DNA of 64,000 nucleotides from Eledone cirrhosa (taxonomy: Eukaryota). The notes below the pieces were generated by a model. That model ran no database searches, was not told the origin of the DNA, and saw only the letters and a program-made list of their open reading frames with translations. Each line of letters begins with the position of its first letter. The stretch's first letter is position 1. Location of the stretch: positions 125,054,001 to 125,118,000 of the forward strand of contig OZ024744.1 in assembly GCA_964016885.1 (NCBI GenBank), read 5' to 3'. Below are positions 47,301 through 60,497 of this stretch, in pieces. The position numbers were made by a program, and so were the translations under genes.

Positions 47301-48491
47301 AACGTTTGTCGGTGGTAGTAGCAAATATTCGAACGAGACATTCGTATGCGAAAGAACGTTTGTCTGGAAGTGGCGATCCATGCTCGGTGGATAGTTGGTT
47401 CCGGGTTTTACTATGATTGTTGCAAAACAGAAACTTAAAGGGATTGACAGAATTTGCGATTCCGGAGAGGGGGCGATCCGTCTGCTTGATTCCGATAACG
47501 AACGAGACATTCGTATCCGAAAGAACGTTTGTCTGGAAACTGGTGAGTCAGTGAGTCGAAAAAAAAATATCTCGGTGGTAGTAGCAAATATTCGTATGCG
47601 AAAGAAAAGATCTCGGTGGTAGTAGCAAATATTCGAACGAGACATTCGTAGGCGAAAGAAAAATATCTCGGTGGTAGTAGCAAATATTCGAACGAGACAT
47701 TCGTATTCGAAAGAACGTTTGTCTGGAAGTTGCGATCCATGCCCTGTGGATAGTTGGTTCCGGGTTTTACTATGATTGTTGCAAAACAGAAACTTAAAGG
47801 GATTGACAGAATTTGCGATTCCGGAGAGGGGGCAATCCGTCTGCTTGATTCCGATAACGAACGAGACATTCGTATCCGAAAGAACGTTTGTCTGGAAACT
47901 GGTGAGTCAGTGAGTCGAAAAAAAAAATATCTCGGTGGTAGTAGCAAATATTCGAACGAGACATTCGTATGCGAAAGAACGTGTGTCGGTGGTAGTAGCA
48001 AATATTCGAACGAGACATTCGTATGCGAAAGAACGTTTGTCTGGAAGTGGCGATCCATGCTCGGTGGATAGTTGGTTCCGGGTTTTACTATGATTGTTGC
48101 AAAACAGAAACTTAAAGGGATTGACAGAATTTGCGATTCCGGAGAGGGGGCGATCCGTCTGCTTGATTCCGATAACGAACGAGACATTCGTATCCGAAAG
48201 AACGTTTGTCTGGAAACTGGTGAGTCAGTGAGTCGAAAAAAAAATATCTCGGTGGTAGTAGCAAATATTCGTATGCGAAAGAAAAGATCTCGGTGGTAGT
48301 AGCAAATATTCGAACGAGACATTCGTATGCGAAAGAAAAATATCTCGGTGGTAGTAGCAAATATTCGAACGAGACATTCGTATTCGAAAGAACGTTTGTC
48401 TGGAAGTTGCGATCCATGCCCGGTGGATAGTTGGTTCCGGGCTTTACTATGATTGTTGCAAAACAGAAACTTAAAGGAATTGACAGAATTT
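41302..48491 (+). repeat. rRNA-mosaic satellite, copy 2, ~21 monomers
   Basis: Monomer starts at 41559, 42026, 42397 ... 48072, 48431. Confidence 0.95.
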
Positions 48492-48505
48492 TCGAATCGA
48501 CATCA

Positions 48506-48871
48506 ACTCGGCTACGGCTATCCCGTCGAGTACGAGAGTATCGCGGGATCAGAGCAACGGTTTGCTAGGCTGCCTCTGAGCGATAACGGCTGAACGCCTC
48601 CTCTAAGCCGGAACCCTAGCCGGACCCGAGTTGTTTTTCGACAAGCGTCTCGACCTTCTTAAGGCCCATGCCTTAGTTTGGCGATTGCCGTCCGTTCGCC
48701 GACGGCGGCAGCGTCAGCGGAAATGCCATTCTGTGACGACTACGACGATTCGTCGTCGTCGTCGTCCATTCGATTTCCTGAAAGAGATAGAGACTAAAGT
48801 GATCAAATTGTTCGGAGTTACGTGCTTAGTAGAGCAGCTACCACACTGCAATCTATTGAGAGTTTTCTGAC
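48506..48871 (+). pseudogene. Degenerate 28S rRNA 3' end, copy 2
   Basis: Same as 17055-17420 (offset 31451). Confidence 0.85.
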
Positions 48872-50529
48872 GAACGATACAATCCGCCCACGTGGCGCCA
48901 GAAAGGGAGAAGAAAAGAAAAGTTAGACGCCGCCGATCGATCGGTTCGTTGTTTTACGTGTACACAGCTTGTGTGTGTGTCTGTATGTGATACAAGCCGC
49001 CTATCCGTCTTCCAAGTAAGTTTTGTGTGTAGACTGCGGAAAGAAATCCAATCCGCCGTCTAGGCGGTTCTGCCGCCGACCCATACTTTTGCGAGTCGCT
49101 CCCGGGAAAGACAGGCGGCAAGACGGCGTGTATACACGACGCCTTCCGTCTTCCGCCTCGAACCCGGGCAAACGTTCCTTTATTCGTCCACGCCTTCCCG
49201 CTTCGATCGCGAGAAAGTAATCAATCTGTTTTGTGTGTGTGTCTGTGTGTGATACAAATTTGTTTTCTTAATTTGATAACCATGAATTGTTTCAACACCG
49301 GCCCTTTTAAGGGCCACTTATATTTTCAATAATCAGTTTAAATGGGTTGCACCGTAGCCACTTGGTAATACACTGCAAATCTCCCGTCAATCTATGAAGG
49401 TTTTGTAGTAGATTAGATCAAAACACAATCAGCAAGACAGTAATGGAATGAATAATATAAACATTTGTTTATAATTAAAGCCTTAAGATGTCCCTCCCTC
49501 CCTCCCTTCCTCCCTTCCTTCCTTCCTTCCTTCCTTCCTTACGATATACACTTTAATAACATTGAAACTTATTTAATAAGTTTAAATTTTAAACACTTTT
49601 TATTCAGACGTACCGCGATAAGTAACTAGATATGTTCTAACGAATAATCCGCGATGTGGCGAGGATTACCGCGATAGGAAATTAGATACGTTCCAAAGAA
49701 ATATCCGCGAAAAGTGAACCGCGATATAGCGGGTTCACCAGCCAGTGTATTACTGGTACTTTATTTTATCGACCCCCATAAGGATGAAAGGCAAAGTTAA
49801 CTGTGCAATAACAAAGGGAGATAACCTCGTCTTTTTTTTTTTACGGAGTTATTTCCCTTTAAATTTTATCTATTACTTATGATGATACAATTTAATCAGT
49901 TCTTAGCTGTCGAGACACTGCATCCTTTAAAACCTCCATGGAACAAGCTACCTGCAACAGTTGTTAGCTGTCGAGACACTGCATCTTTTAAAACCTCCAT
50001 GGAACAAACTACCTGCATCAGTTGTTAGGGTCTGAGTTCAAATCACGCCGAGGAGGTTAACTTTGCCTTTCATCCTTACGGGGTCGGTCGGAAAACGAAC
50101 CATTCCCGGTTCGCTTTCGAAGCGGGTTTCCGAAAACAGCGCTTCTCTCGACCGGGCCCGTCGTCCGCTCGGCGGTGGTTTTCATCGTCCCAGGCACGGC
50201 TAACAGGCGGAGACGGGACAAACGCGCGTGTTCCTTTTTTTTATCAGCCGCAGCGCCGTTCGTATATATGCTTAGGTTGTTTTTTTTTTAAATATCCTAA
50301 GTTAAGTTGGGGCTAAGTTAAGTTGGGGCTAAGTTAAGTTGAGGTTAAGTTGAGTTGGGGTTAAGTTAAGTGGGGGTTAAGTTAAGCTGGGGTTAAGTTA
50401 AGTTGAGGTTAAGTTAAGTTGGGGTTAAGTCAAGTTGGGGTTAAGTTAAGTTGGGGTTAAGTTAGGTTGGGGTTAAGTTAGGTTGGGGTTAAGTTAAGTT
50501 GGGGTTAAGTTAGGTTGCGGTTAAGTTAC

Positions 50530-53500
50530 ATTCGCCGCCGGACTTCAGCTTCCTCATTTAGCATGGGCAGTTTTTCGTGAAAATCACACCACACACAGCA
50601 AATGTGTGTCCGCACATGTACCAGTAATTACAGATCGATTCCGGTGAAAATTCACTGAAAACGGGCCATCCGGCCCTGTGCGTCGATCGTGGGCCGGCCG
50701 GATGTTGACGGATCGATGTGTAATTAGAAGTACATGTGCGGACACTCATTGGCTGTGCGTGGTATGCATTTCAGCAAGATATCTCCGTAACATCAAGAGT
50801 TATGGCTGTGGAGGCACACCTAGTCAAACGTAAACAAGGTCTGGAGCGTTTACGCTTCGCGATTTTGTTTACGTTTGACTAGGTGTGCCTCCACAGCCAC
50901 AACTCTTGATGTTACGGAGATATCTTGCTGAAATGCATACCGCGCACAGCCAATGAGTGTCCGCACATGTACTTCTAATTACACATCGATCCGTCAACAT
51001 CCGGCCGGCCCACGATCGACGCACAGGGCCGGATGGCCCGTTTTCAGTGAATTTTCACCGGAATCGATCTGTAATTACTGGTACATGTGCGGAGACACAT
51101 TTGCTGTGTGTGGTGTGATTTTCAAGAAAAACTGCCCATGCTAAATGAGGAAGCTGAAGTCCGCCGGCGAATGGTGTGCTTCGAAGAAAACTAATTCGAA
51201 AATGACCGTTTGCAGGCGGAGTAACCTTTTCGATCGTGGGCCAGCCGCCCGTGGTGGGATCCATCTGTAATTACTGGTACATGTGCGGACATACATTTGC
51301 TGTGTGTGGTGTGATTTTCAAGAAGAACTGCCCATGCTAAATGAGGAAGCTGAAGTCCGCCGGCGAATGGTGTGCTTCGAAGAAAACTAATTCGAAAATG
51401 ACCGTTTGCAGGCGGGGTAACCTTTTCGATCGTGGGCCAGCCGCCCGTGGTGGGATCCATCTGTAATTACTGGTACATGTGCGGACACACATTTGCTGTG
51501 TGTGGTGTGATTTTCGAGAAAGACTGCCCATGCTAAATGAGGAAGCTGAAGTCCGCCGGCGAATGGTGTGCTTCGAAGAAAACTAATTCGAAAATGACTA
51601 TTTGCCGGCGGAATCACCTTTTCGGTCCTGGTCCGGCCGGATCTTGCCGGATCGATCGGAAATTTGTGGACCATGTTCGGAAGGCCATTGTGCATGTGTG
51701 GTGAAAAAAATTTGTGTCGAAATCTTCTCGGAAAATAACGGATCGCCGGCGGAGATTGCCATTTCGATCGTGGGCCGGCCGGATCTTGTCGGATCGATTC
51801 GGACATATGTGCATCGTGTTCGCAAGGCCCTTGTCTATGTGTGGTGTGATTTTCATAAAGAAATTCCGAAAAACCCAGTTTTAAATCTGATTTCGCCAAA
51901 GAATTTTGGCTATCAGATCGGGTTGAAAGGTATGGTTTCAGGTCGATCTGAAAGTCTAAAATGGAATTCACTCGGTTAGCTAACTTTTGATATATCGGAG
52001 ATATCTTTCTGAAAATCACACCACACACTCCCAATGAGTGTCTGCAAATGTACCAGTAATTACAGATGGATCCCACCACGGGCGGCCGGCCCACGATCGA
52101 AAAGGTTACTCCGAAGCACACCATTCGCCGGCGGAATTCATTTACCATGGGCAGTTTTTCTCGAAAATCACACCACACACAGCCAATGAGTGTCCGCACA
52201 TGTACCAGTAATTACAGATGGATCCCACCACGGGCGGCTGGCCCACGATCGAAAAGGTTACTCCGCCTGCAAACGGTCATTTCGAATTCGTTTTCTTCGA
52301 AGCACACGATTCGCCGGCGGACTTCAGCTGCCTCATTTAGCATGGGCAGTTTTTCTCGAAAATCACACCACACACAGCAAATGTGTGTCCGCACATGTAC
52401 CAGTAATTACAGATCGATTCCGGTGAAAATTCACTGAAAACGGGCCATTCGGCCCTGTGCGTCGATCGTGGGCCGGCCGGATGTTGACGGATCGATGTGT
52501 AATTAGAAGTACATGTGCGAACACTCATTGGCTGTGCGTGGTATGCATTTCAGCAAGATATCTCCGTAACATCAAGAGTTATGGCTGTGGAGGCACACCT
52601 AGTCAAACGTAAACAAGCTCTGGAGCGTATACGCTTCGCGATTTTGTTTACGTTTGACTAGGTGTGCCTCCACAGCCACAACTCTTGATGTTACGGAGAT
52701 ATCTTGCTGAAATGCATACCACGCACAGCCAATGAGTGTCCGCACATGTACTTCTAATTACACATCGATCCGTCAACATCCGGCCGGCCCACGATCGACG
52801 CACAGGGCCGGATGGCCCGTTTGCAGTGAATTTTCACCGGAATCGATCTGTAATTACTGGTACATGTGCGGACACACATTTGCTGTGTGTGGTGTGATTT
52901 TCACGAAAAACTGCCCATGCTAAATGAGGAAGCTGAAGTCCGCCGGCGAATGGTGTCCTTCGAAGAAAACTAATTCGAAAATGACCGTTTGCAGGCGGAG
53001 TAACCTTTTCGATCGTGGGCCAGCCGCCCGTGGTGGGATACATCTGTAATTACTGGTACATGTGCGGACACACATTTGCTGTGTGTGGTGTGATTTTCGA
53101 GAAAGACTGCCCATGCTAAATGAGGAAGCTGAAGTCCGCCGGCGAATGGTGTGCTTCGAAGAAAACTAATTCGAAAATGACTATTTGCCGGCGGAATCAC
53201 CTTTTCGGTCCTGGTCCGGCCGGATCTTGCCGGATCGATCGGAAATTTGTGGACCATGTTCGGAAGGCCATTGTGCATGTGTGGTGAAAAAAATTTGTGT
53301 CGAAATCTTCTCGGAAAATAACGGATCGCCGGCGGAGATTGCCATTTCGATCGTGGGCCGGCCGGATCTTGTCGGATCGATTCGGACATATGTGCATCGT
53401 GTTCGCAAGGCCCTTGTCTATGTGTGGTGTGATTTTCATAAAGAAATTCCGAAAAACCCAGTTTTAAATCTGATTTCGCCAAAGAATTTTGGCTATCAGA

Positions 53501-55941
53501 TCGGGTTGAAAGGTATGGTTTCAGGTCGATCTGAAAGTCTAAAATGGAATTCACTCGGTTAGCTAACTTTTGATATATCGGAGATATCTTTCTGAAAATC
53601 ACACCACACACTCCCAATGAGTGTCTGCACATGTACCAGTAATTACAGATGGATCCCACCACGGGCGGCCGGCCCACGATCGAAAAGGTTACTCCGAAGC
53701 ACACCATTCGCCGGCGGAATTCATTTACCATGGGCAGTTTTTCTCGAAAATCACACCACACACAGCCAATGAGTGTCCGCACATGTACCAGTAATTACAG
53801 ATGGATCCCACCACGGGCGGCTGGCCCACGATCGAAAAGGTTACTCCGCCTGCAAACGGTCATTTTCGAATTCGTTTTCTTCGAAGCACACGATTCGCCG
53901 GCGGACTTCAGCTGCCTCATTTAGCATGGGCAGTTTTTCTCGAAAATCACACCACACACAGCAAATGTGTGTCCGCACATGTACCAGTAATTACAGATCG
54001 ATTCCGGTGAAAATTCACTGAAAACGGGCCATTCGGCCCTGTGCGTCGATCGTGGGCCGGCCGGATGTTGACGGATCGATGTGTAATTAGAAGTACATGT
54101 GCGGACACTCATTGGCTGTGCGTGGTATGCATTTCAGCAAGATATCTCCGTAACATCAAGAGTTATGGCTGTGGAGGCACACCTAGTCAAACGTAAACAA
54201 GCTCTGGAGCGTATACGCTTCGCGATTTTGTTTACGTTTGACTAGGTGTGCCTCCACAGCCACAACTCTTGATGTTACGGAGATATCTTGCTGAAATGCA
54301 TACCACGCACAGCCAATGAGTGTCCGCACATGTACTTCTAATTACACATCGATCCGTCAACATCCGGCCGGCCCACGATCGACGCACAGGGCCGGATGGC
54401 CCGTTTTCAGTGAATTTTCACCGGAATCGATCTGTAATTACTGGTACATGTGCGGACACACATTTGCTGTGTGTGGTGTGATTTTCACGAAAAACTGCCC
54501 ATGCTAAATGAGGAAGCTGAAGTCCGCCGGCGAATGGTGTGCTTCGAAGAAAACTAATTCGAAAATGACCGTTTGCAGGCGGAGTAACCTTTTCGATCGT
54601 GGGCCAGCCGCCCGTGGTGGGATACATCTGTAATTACTGGTACATGTGCGGACACACATTTGCTGTGTGTGGTGTGATTTTCGAGAAAGACTGCCCATGC
54701 TAAATGAGGAAGCTGAAGTCCGCCGGCGAATGGTGTGCTTCGAAGAAAACTAATTCGAAAATGACTATTTGCCGGCGGAATCACCTTTTCGGTCCTGGTC
54801 CGGCCGGATGTTGCCGGATCGATCGGAAATTTGTGGACCATGTTCGGAAGGCCATTGTGCATGTGTGGTGAAAAAAATTTGTGTCGAAATCTTCTCGGAA
54901 AATAACGGATCGCCGGCGGAGATTGCCATTTCGATCGTGGGCCGGCCGGATCTTGTCGGATCGATTCGGACATATGTGCATCGTGTTCGCAAGGCCCTTG
55001 TCTATGTGTGGTGTGATTTTCATAAAGAAATTCCGAAAAACCCAGTTTTAAATCTGATTTCGCCAAAGAATTTTGGCTATCAGATCGGGTTGAAAGGTAT
55101 GGTTTCAGGTCGATCTGAAAGTCTAAAATGGAATTCACTCGGTTAGCTAACTTTTGATATATCGGAGATATCTTTCTGAAAATCACACCACACACTCCCA
55201 ATGAGTGTCTGCACATGTACCAGTAATTACAGATGGATCCCACCACGGGCGGCCGGCCCACGATCGAAAAGGTTACTCCGAAGCACACCATTCGCCGGCG
55301 GAATTCATTTAGCATGGGCAGTTTTTCTCGAAAATCACACCACACACAGCCAATGAGTGTCCGCACATGTACCAGTAATTACAGATGGATCCCACCACGG
55401 GCGGCTGGCCCACGATCGAAAAGGTTACTCCGCCTGCAAACGGTCATTTTCGAATTCGTTTTCTTCGAAGCACACGATTCGCCGGCGGACTTCAGCTGCC
55501 TCATTTAGCATGGGCAGTTTTTCTCGAAAATCACACCACACACAGCAAATGTGTGTCCGCACATGTACCAGTAATTACAGATCGATTCCGGTGAAAATTC
55601 ACTGAAAACGGGCCATTCGGCCCTGTGCGTCGATCGTGGGCCGGCCGGATGTTGACGGATCGATGTGTAATTAGAAGTACATGTGCGGACACTCATTGGC
55701 TGTGCGTGGTATGCATTTCAGCAAGATATCTCCGTAACATCAAGAGTTATGGCTGTGGAGGCACACCTAGTCAAACGTAAACAAGGTCTGGAGCGTTTAC
55801 GCTTCGCGATTTTGTTTACGTTTGACTAGGTGTGCCTCCACAGCGACAACTCTTGATGTTACGGAGATATCTTGCTGAAATTCATACCACGCACAGCCAA
55901 TGAGTGTCCGCACATGTACCTGTAATTACACATCGATCCGA
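50530..55941. repeat. Palindrome array, copy 2
   Basis: All ORFs recur at a constant offset of 31451. Axes at 50851, 52630, 54214 and 55798. Confidence 0.95.
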
Positions 55942-56301
55942 CGACGGACAGAGTATTCGGTTTATTTTCTTGACATATTTCTTTACATATTGTCCAGGCA
56001 TGCACTTTTTCCATGATTAGTTCTGTTGACGGCCCGCTTTCCAAAATACCTTATCCTGTGCAACGCCGGGTACCACTGCTAGTATATATATGTGTATGTA
56101 TATATATATATATATATTGGTAAACGGAATAGAAAATTGTGACAAATTGTTCACAGTGAAAAATAGTTTAATTAGGAATAAGTGATAATTAGTAATAGTA
56201 TTGGTTAGTATTAAGTTTTGGTTTTAAGTTTTACCGGTTGCGCATTTCTAATGCTTTTCAAAAATAATTTTGAGATAGAGCGTCCGTGATGTTTGCTCTG
56301 A

Positions 56302-56347
<46 letters not shown>

Positions 56348-59150
56348 AACAGTAGAAAGGAAAAAGATTTTTTCAGTAGAAATTGCTGAAGAGATTCTTT
56401 CAGTGTAATTTCAAAACATTAATTTATTTATAAAGTGGATATTTCCACATTTAATAATGGCACTGGGTTCAGCATTATATACATTGTCAATTGTGGATTC
56501 TACTTTTGGCACAAGGGCTGCAATTATCCAGTACATTACTGGTACTTTATTATTTATACAAATAATAATTGTTTCTACTTTTGGCACAAGGGCAGCAATT
56601 ACCCAGTACATTACTGGTACTTTATTATTTATACAAATAATAATTGTTTCTACTTTAGGCACAAGGTCAGCAATTACCCAGTACATTACTGGTACTTTAT
56701 TATTTATACAAATAATAATTGTTTCTACTTTAGGCACAAGGTCAGCAATTACCCCAGTACTTTATTTTATCGACCCCGTAAGGATGAAAGAAAAGTTAAC
56801 CTCAACGGGATTTGAACTCAGTCTGTAAAGGGAGGTAACTGCTGGATTAATTTGGTTAATTAAGTTAACAGAAATTATGAACCGGTTTCTACAGAGCCTT
56901 CTGGACATTTAACCCTTTAGCATTTAAACCAGCCATACCTAGCCAGAATACTCTCACATCTTTCTGTTCAAACCAGCCATAACTGGCCACTCATACTGAC
57001 GTTAAGGTATTGTTCTCAATATAAATAATATCAAAATCTCATAGATTCGATATTATATGAGATAATTATGTAAGATAAAGCCTTTACCACAAAAATACAA
57101 TAGTATATATAGAGTAATAAAAATGCTAAAGGGTAAAAGTAGCTTATTATTTTGTGAGCTCTTGCTACTTATTGCTCTTGTGCATCAAGAACATACACAG
57201 CTTACATTTTGTTGCTAATCTCACTGAGATCCAACTACATCTCTTGTTTATCCATAGTTTGGAATTTCTACCTACTCCTTTCCTTTAGAATGATCAAGGC
57301 CATTTTCTTGTGGGGATCTAGGCCCTGTTTTCCTTTCTATTTTGCCAAGTTATCTTACATCACTTTCATTCTAGACCATGCTTCCAGGTTTGGAATTTCT
57401 CCTCTAATTTTACCACAGATTAAGTGACAAGGGTTCAATCATGTGCATACAGGAGTTCCCATGGACAGCCAGTAATATGTAATAGCCTGCAGGATGATAA
57501 TAAACAGAAGAGGGTTAATTACAGAGCCCTGATAGAGGGTTAATAACAGAGCCCTGATAGACTTGTTCACTCAACTCCTCACTATAGCCATCATTACTTT
57601 TAACCTTACTGACTGCTCCTCCATACATGGCTTTTACTGCTCTCACAAGCCACTCATATACCCCTAGTTTTCTAAGTTATACACCAGATTAGGGAAGGGG
57701 GAAGTCTCACAGAAGCTCTCTCTGGGTCAACAAATGCCAAGTAGAGGGGCTTATTTTAGCTAGGTACTACTCTTGCAGTTGCCACACAAGGAAGAGGACA
57801 TCAGTGGTACTTTTACCTGGCACAAATCCAAACTTCATCTCATCTAGGTTAACTTGGTCCCTAATCAGCTGTGTTATAAATCTAACACCTTCATGAAGTG
57901 GTCCATCTAATATCTCTATAGTTTTCTAGCTCTAGTACATCTCCTTTGCCCTTGTAGCAGTTGATGATGATGATACTACACCATTTATTTGGTATGACAC
58001 CATTTTGTATTACATGCTGTACGATACCAGTGGTTAAGATGTGACCCACCATCCCAGATACTTTCAGTATCTCAGCAACTATCACCAATGGACAAGATAC
58101 TTTCTCTGTCTTCATATCCTTAATTACCTTACTGCTTACTTGTATGGCTGGACCCTCTGTTGGGCCCACTTTCCGTAGACTATCTTCCTCCCATGCATTC
58201 TCCTCATTCAGTAATCTTTCATAAAGGCATTTCCATGTTACAAAGGTTGGCTGAAAAGTTCATAGACTATCAATGATAGCATGATGCTAGAGCTGTGAAA
58301 TCTTGCCTGCATTAATTTCAACTCTTCTTATTAATAACTGCATTGTTTCCTTCCAGGGACTATGTTGAAAAATAAACCTCATTTGGTCATTCCATGAGTG
58401 TATCTTGGTCTGCCTATGAACTTTTCAGCTGACCCTATTCAGCATCAGTGAGCCCAAATGCCCCATTATCATCCTGGACACACTTTACCCCAACATCACA
58501 ATTTGCCCTCACACACTGCCTCACAATCCTGAACATCTCATGTATTTCATCCTCACATCATAAAACCAACTGAAATTATATATTCTCTGCTTCCCTCCTT
58601 GCAAAGAATACTTCTTGCCTAGCTTCCTGTAGTGTACCCTCCAGCTGCCTCCATTCTGCCATTATTCCATGCCTGTCTCTTGGCCTTAACTGTCTCATCT
58701 ACCCTAGTGTTTCACCACCAAGATACTCTCCTCTCTGAAGCCCTGCTCCAGCCACAGATCTAGTTTGACACCTTCAGCAAAGGTTCTTTAAGGAACTCCC
58801 ACTGTTCCCCTATATTGTATGTTTCTATTTGTTCTTCCTTACTGTTGTAAAGATCAAACAAAATATCTCTAAATTTGGAACTGGCTGAGGGGTCCTTTAA
58901 CTTCCATATCCTTCTCCTCCAAGTTGCCCTCAGTCTTCAAGTTCATCTAAGTCTATGAAATCACTAACTACTGGGTTATGTTGGGAGGTGCATTCTTCCC
59001 CAGGGGGTGGGGATTGTGTGTTTACAAATGTCAATATCTCATCTTCTGGTGTGGATAAAAATCTGACTGGCATGCTCCTCTGACCAATAGGTGTTGAAGT
59101 GGTTGTCGGGTAAACGTTAAGACCCTCTGATATACATATATATATATATA

Positions 59151-59205
59151 CTAGCAGTGGTACCCGGCGTTGCACGGGATAACGTATTTCGGAACGCGGG
59201 CCGCC
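59151..59205 (-). mobile_element. Helitron-like 3' terminus (copy at 62824-62878)
   Basis: ctagcagtggtacccggcgttgcacgggataacgtatttcggaacgcgggccg is approximately the reverse complement of 24579-24631. Confidence 0.75.
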
Positions 59206-59489
59206 ATCTTCCACTTCAGCCGGTCGCCCTAAAGTGTTGGCTATTCAGTCTACTTGAGGCCAGTTGGTGAGGGGGGGTAAAGCTTTCAGTGTGCTACTAC
59301 CCTCACGGTCAAATAGAAAGGGAGAGGAAGAAAAGTCAGCGTTAATATCGTGCTACACGTTTGAAAGGTTGGATGACCTTAGAGTTCACCAGGGTGGGGG
59401 GTTCTAAAAGTATCTATCTTGGTATTTTATCTTAGAAGTAATCATTACAGAGTGTACTGGGTGTATTTTAGTGGGCAGTAATTCCATAA

Positions 59490-60240
59490 AGAACACAGTA
59501 TAATCTGTGGACACAAGCCTTGCAGTGTGATTACAGGCAGGTTAATGGGAAAGATAGATTATATATGTGACATGATGTACATGAGAAGTGAGGACACAGA
59601 CCACACATGAAATAGATTCCTACAACTGTCAGGGAGGCTCCCTAGAATTACAGATGACATATTTCAATATCTCGGTGATCAAGTTAGCAGTGGAGGAAGA
59701 ATCTCTAAAAGTGTAATACCCAGGATAAGGACAGGCTGGAAGAAGTTTAGAGTACTGTTCCATCTGTTGACAACAAAGGGCTTCTCTCTCAGAATGGAGG
59801 CTAGACTGCTTGATACTTATGTGTGGTCTGCAATCTACACCCCAGCCATGCCCCTTCCACTACCACTCCTTAGCTATTTCTCTCCATTAATACTCCTCAC
59901 ATTTCAAGCAGTTTTCTCATCTCAATGAAAGAAAAATATTGGGCTCAAGAGAAGTCTTCAGTTATGCCATGGTGTGGCAACCTCCCTAGGGTTGGGCAGA
60001 GTGTAAATGAGAGTGAAATTAGGTATGAGAGGGATCAGATGCAGTATACAAGAGAGTAGATTACATTGGTATGGTCATGTGATGGGTATAAAGGATGACA
60101 GCTGTATAAAAATGTGCTGGGCAATCAAAGTTGATGGAAGTTATGAAGGCGGAAGACCTAGGATGACCTGGGATGAGGTGATAAAAGATGACTTTGCACA
60201 ATTGCAACTCTCAAAGACAATGACACAGGATAGAGATCTT
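59490..60240 (+). pseudogene. Decayed RTE-like LINE 3' region (longer copy at ~63163-63990)
   Basis: FQYLGDQV, RIRTGWKKFR, and SRLHWYGHVM...GGRPRMTWDEVIKDD. Confidence 0.8.
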
Positions 60241-60497
60241 ATTTATGTTTATTTACGTTTAGCGTAATCGATTTGTTTTCGATTTGTTTCCATATCACCA
60301 CGCGTTTTATTTCATAGTCATAGTTATCAAGTTAGAAAACAAATGAAGTTCAGGGGGCCGACACTACCGACTTTCTTAAAGAAAAACAATTTAACGCGGG
60401 TAACTACAAGATAGGCATCAGTAGTAGTAGCTCCCTAAACTGTTTCCATCCCATTCTCACTCAGGCTACTGTACCTTCAGAACACCCACCTCCACTG

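Larger units (their letters stand above)
35604..59156 (+). repeat. Segmental duplication, copy 2
   Basis: Collinear near-identical copy of 1-27727. It lacks the Tx1-like insert, has one fewer 170 bp repeat and has a shorter rRNA-derived array. Confidence 0.97.

Noticed and set aside
60241-60497. Novel insert at the tandem-duplication junction
   Set aside because: It contains a minus-strand RTE piece (RVRMGWKQFRELL). More likely ordinary flanking TE debris carried with the third copy.
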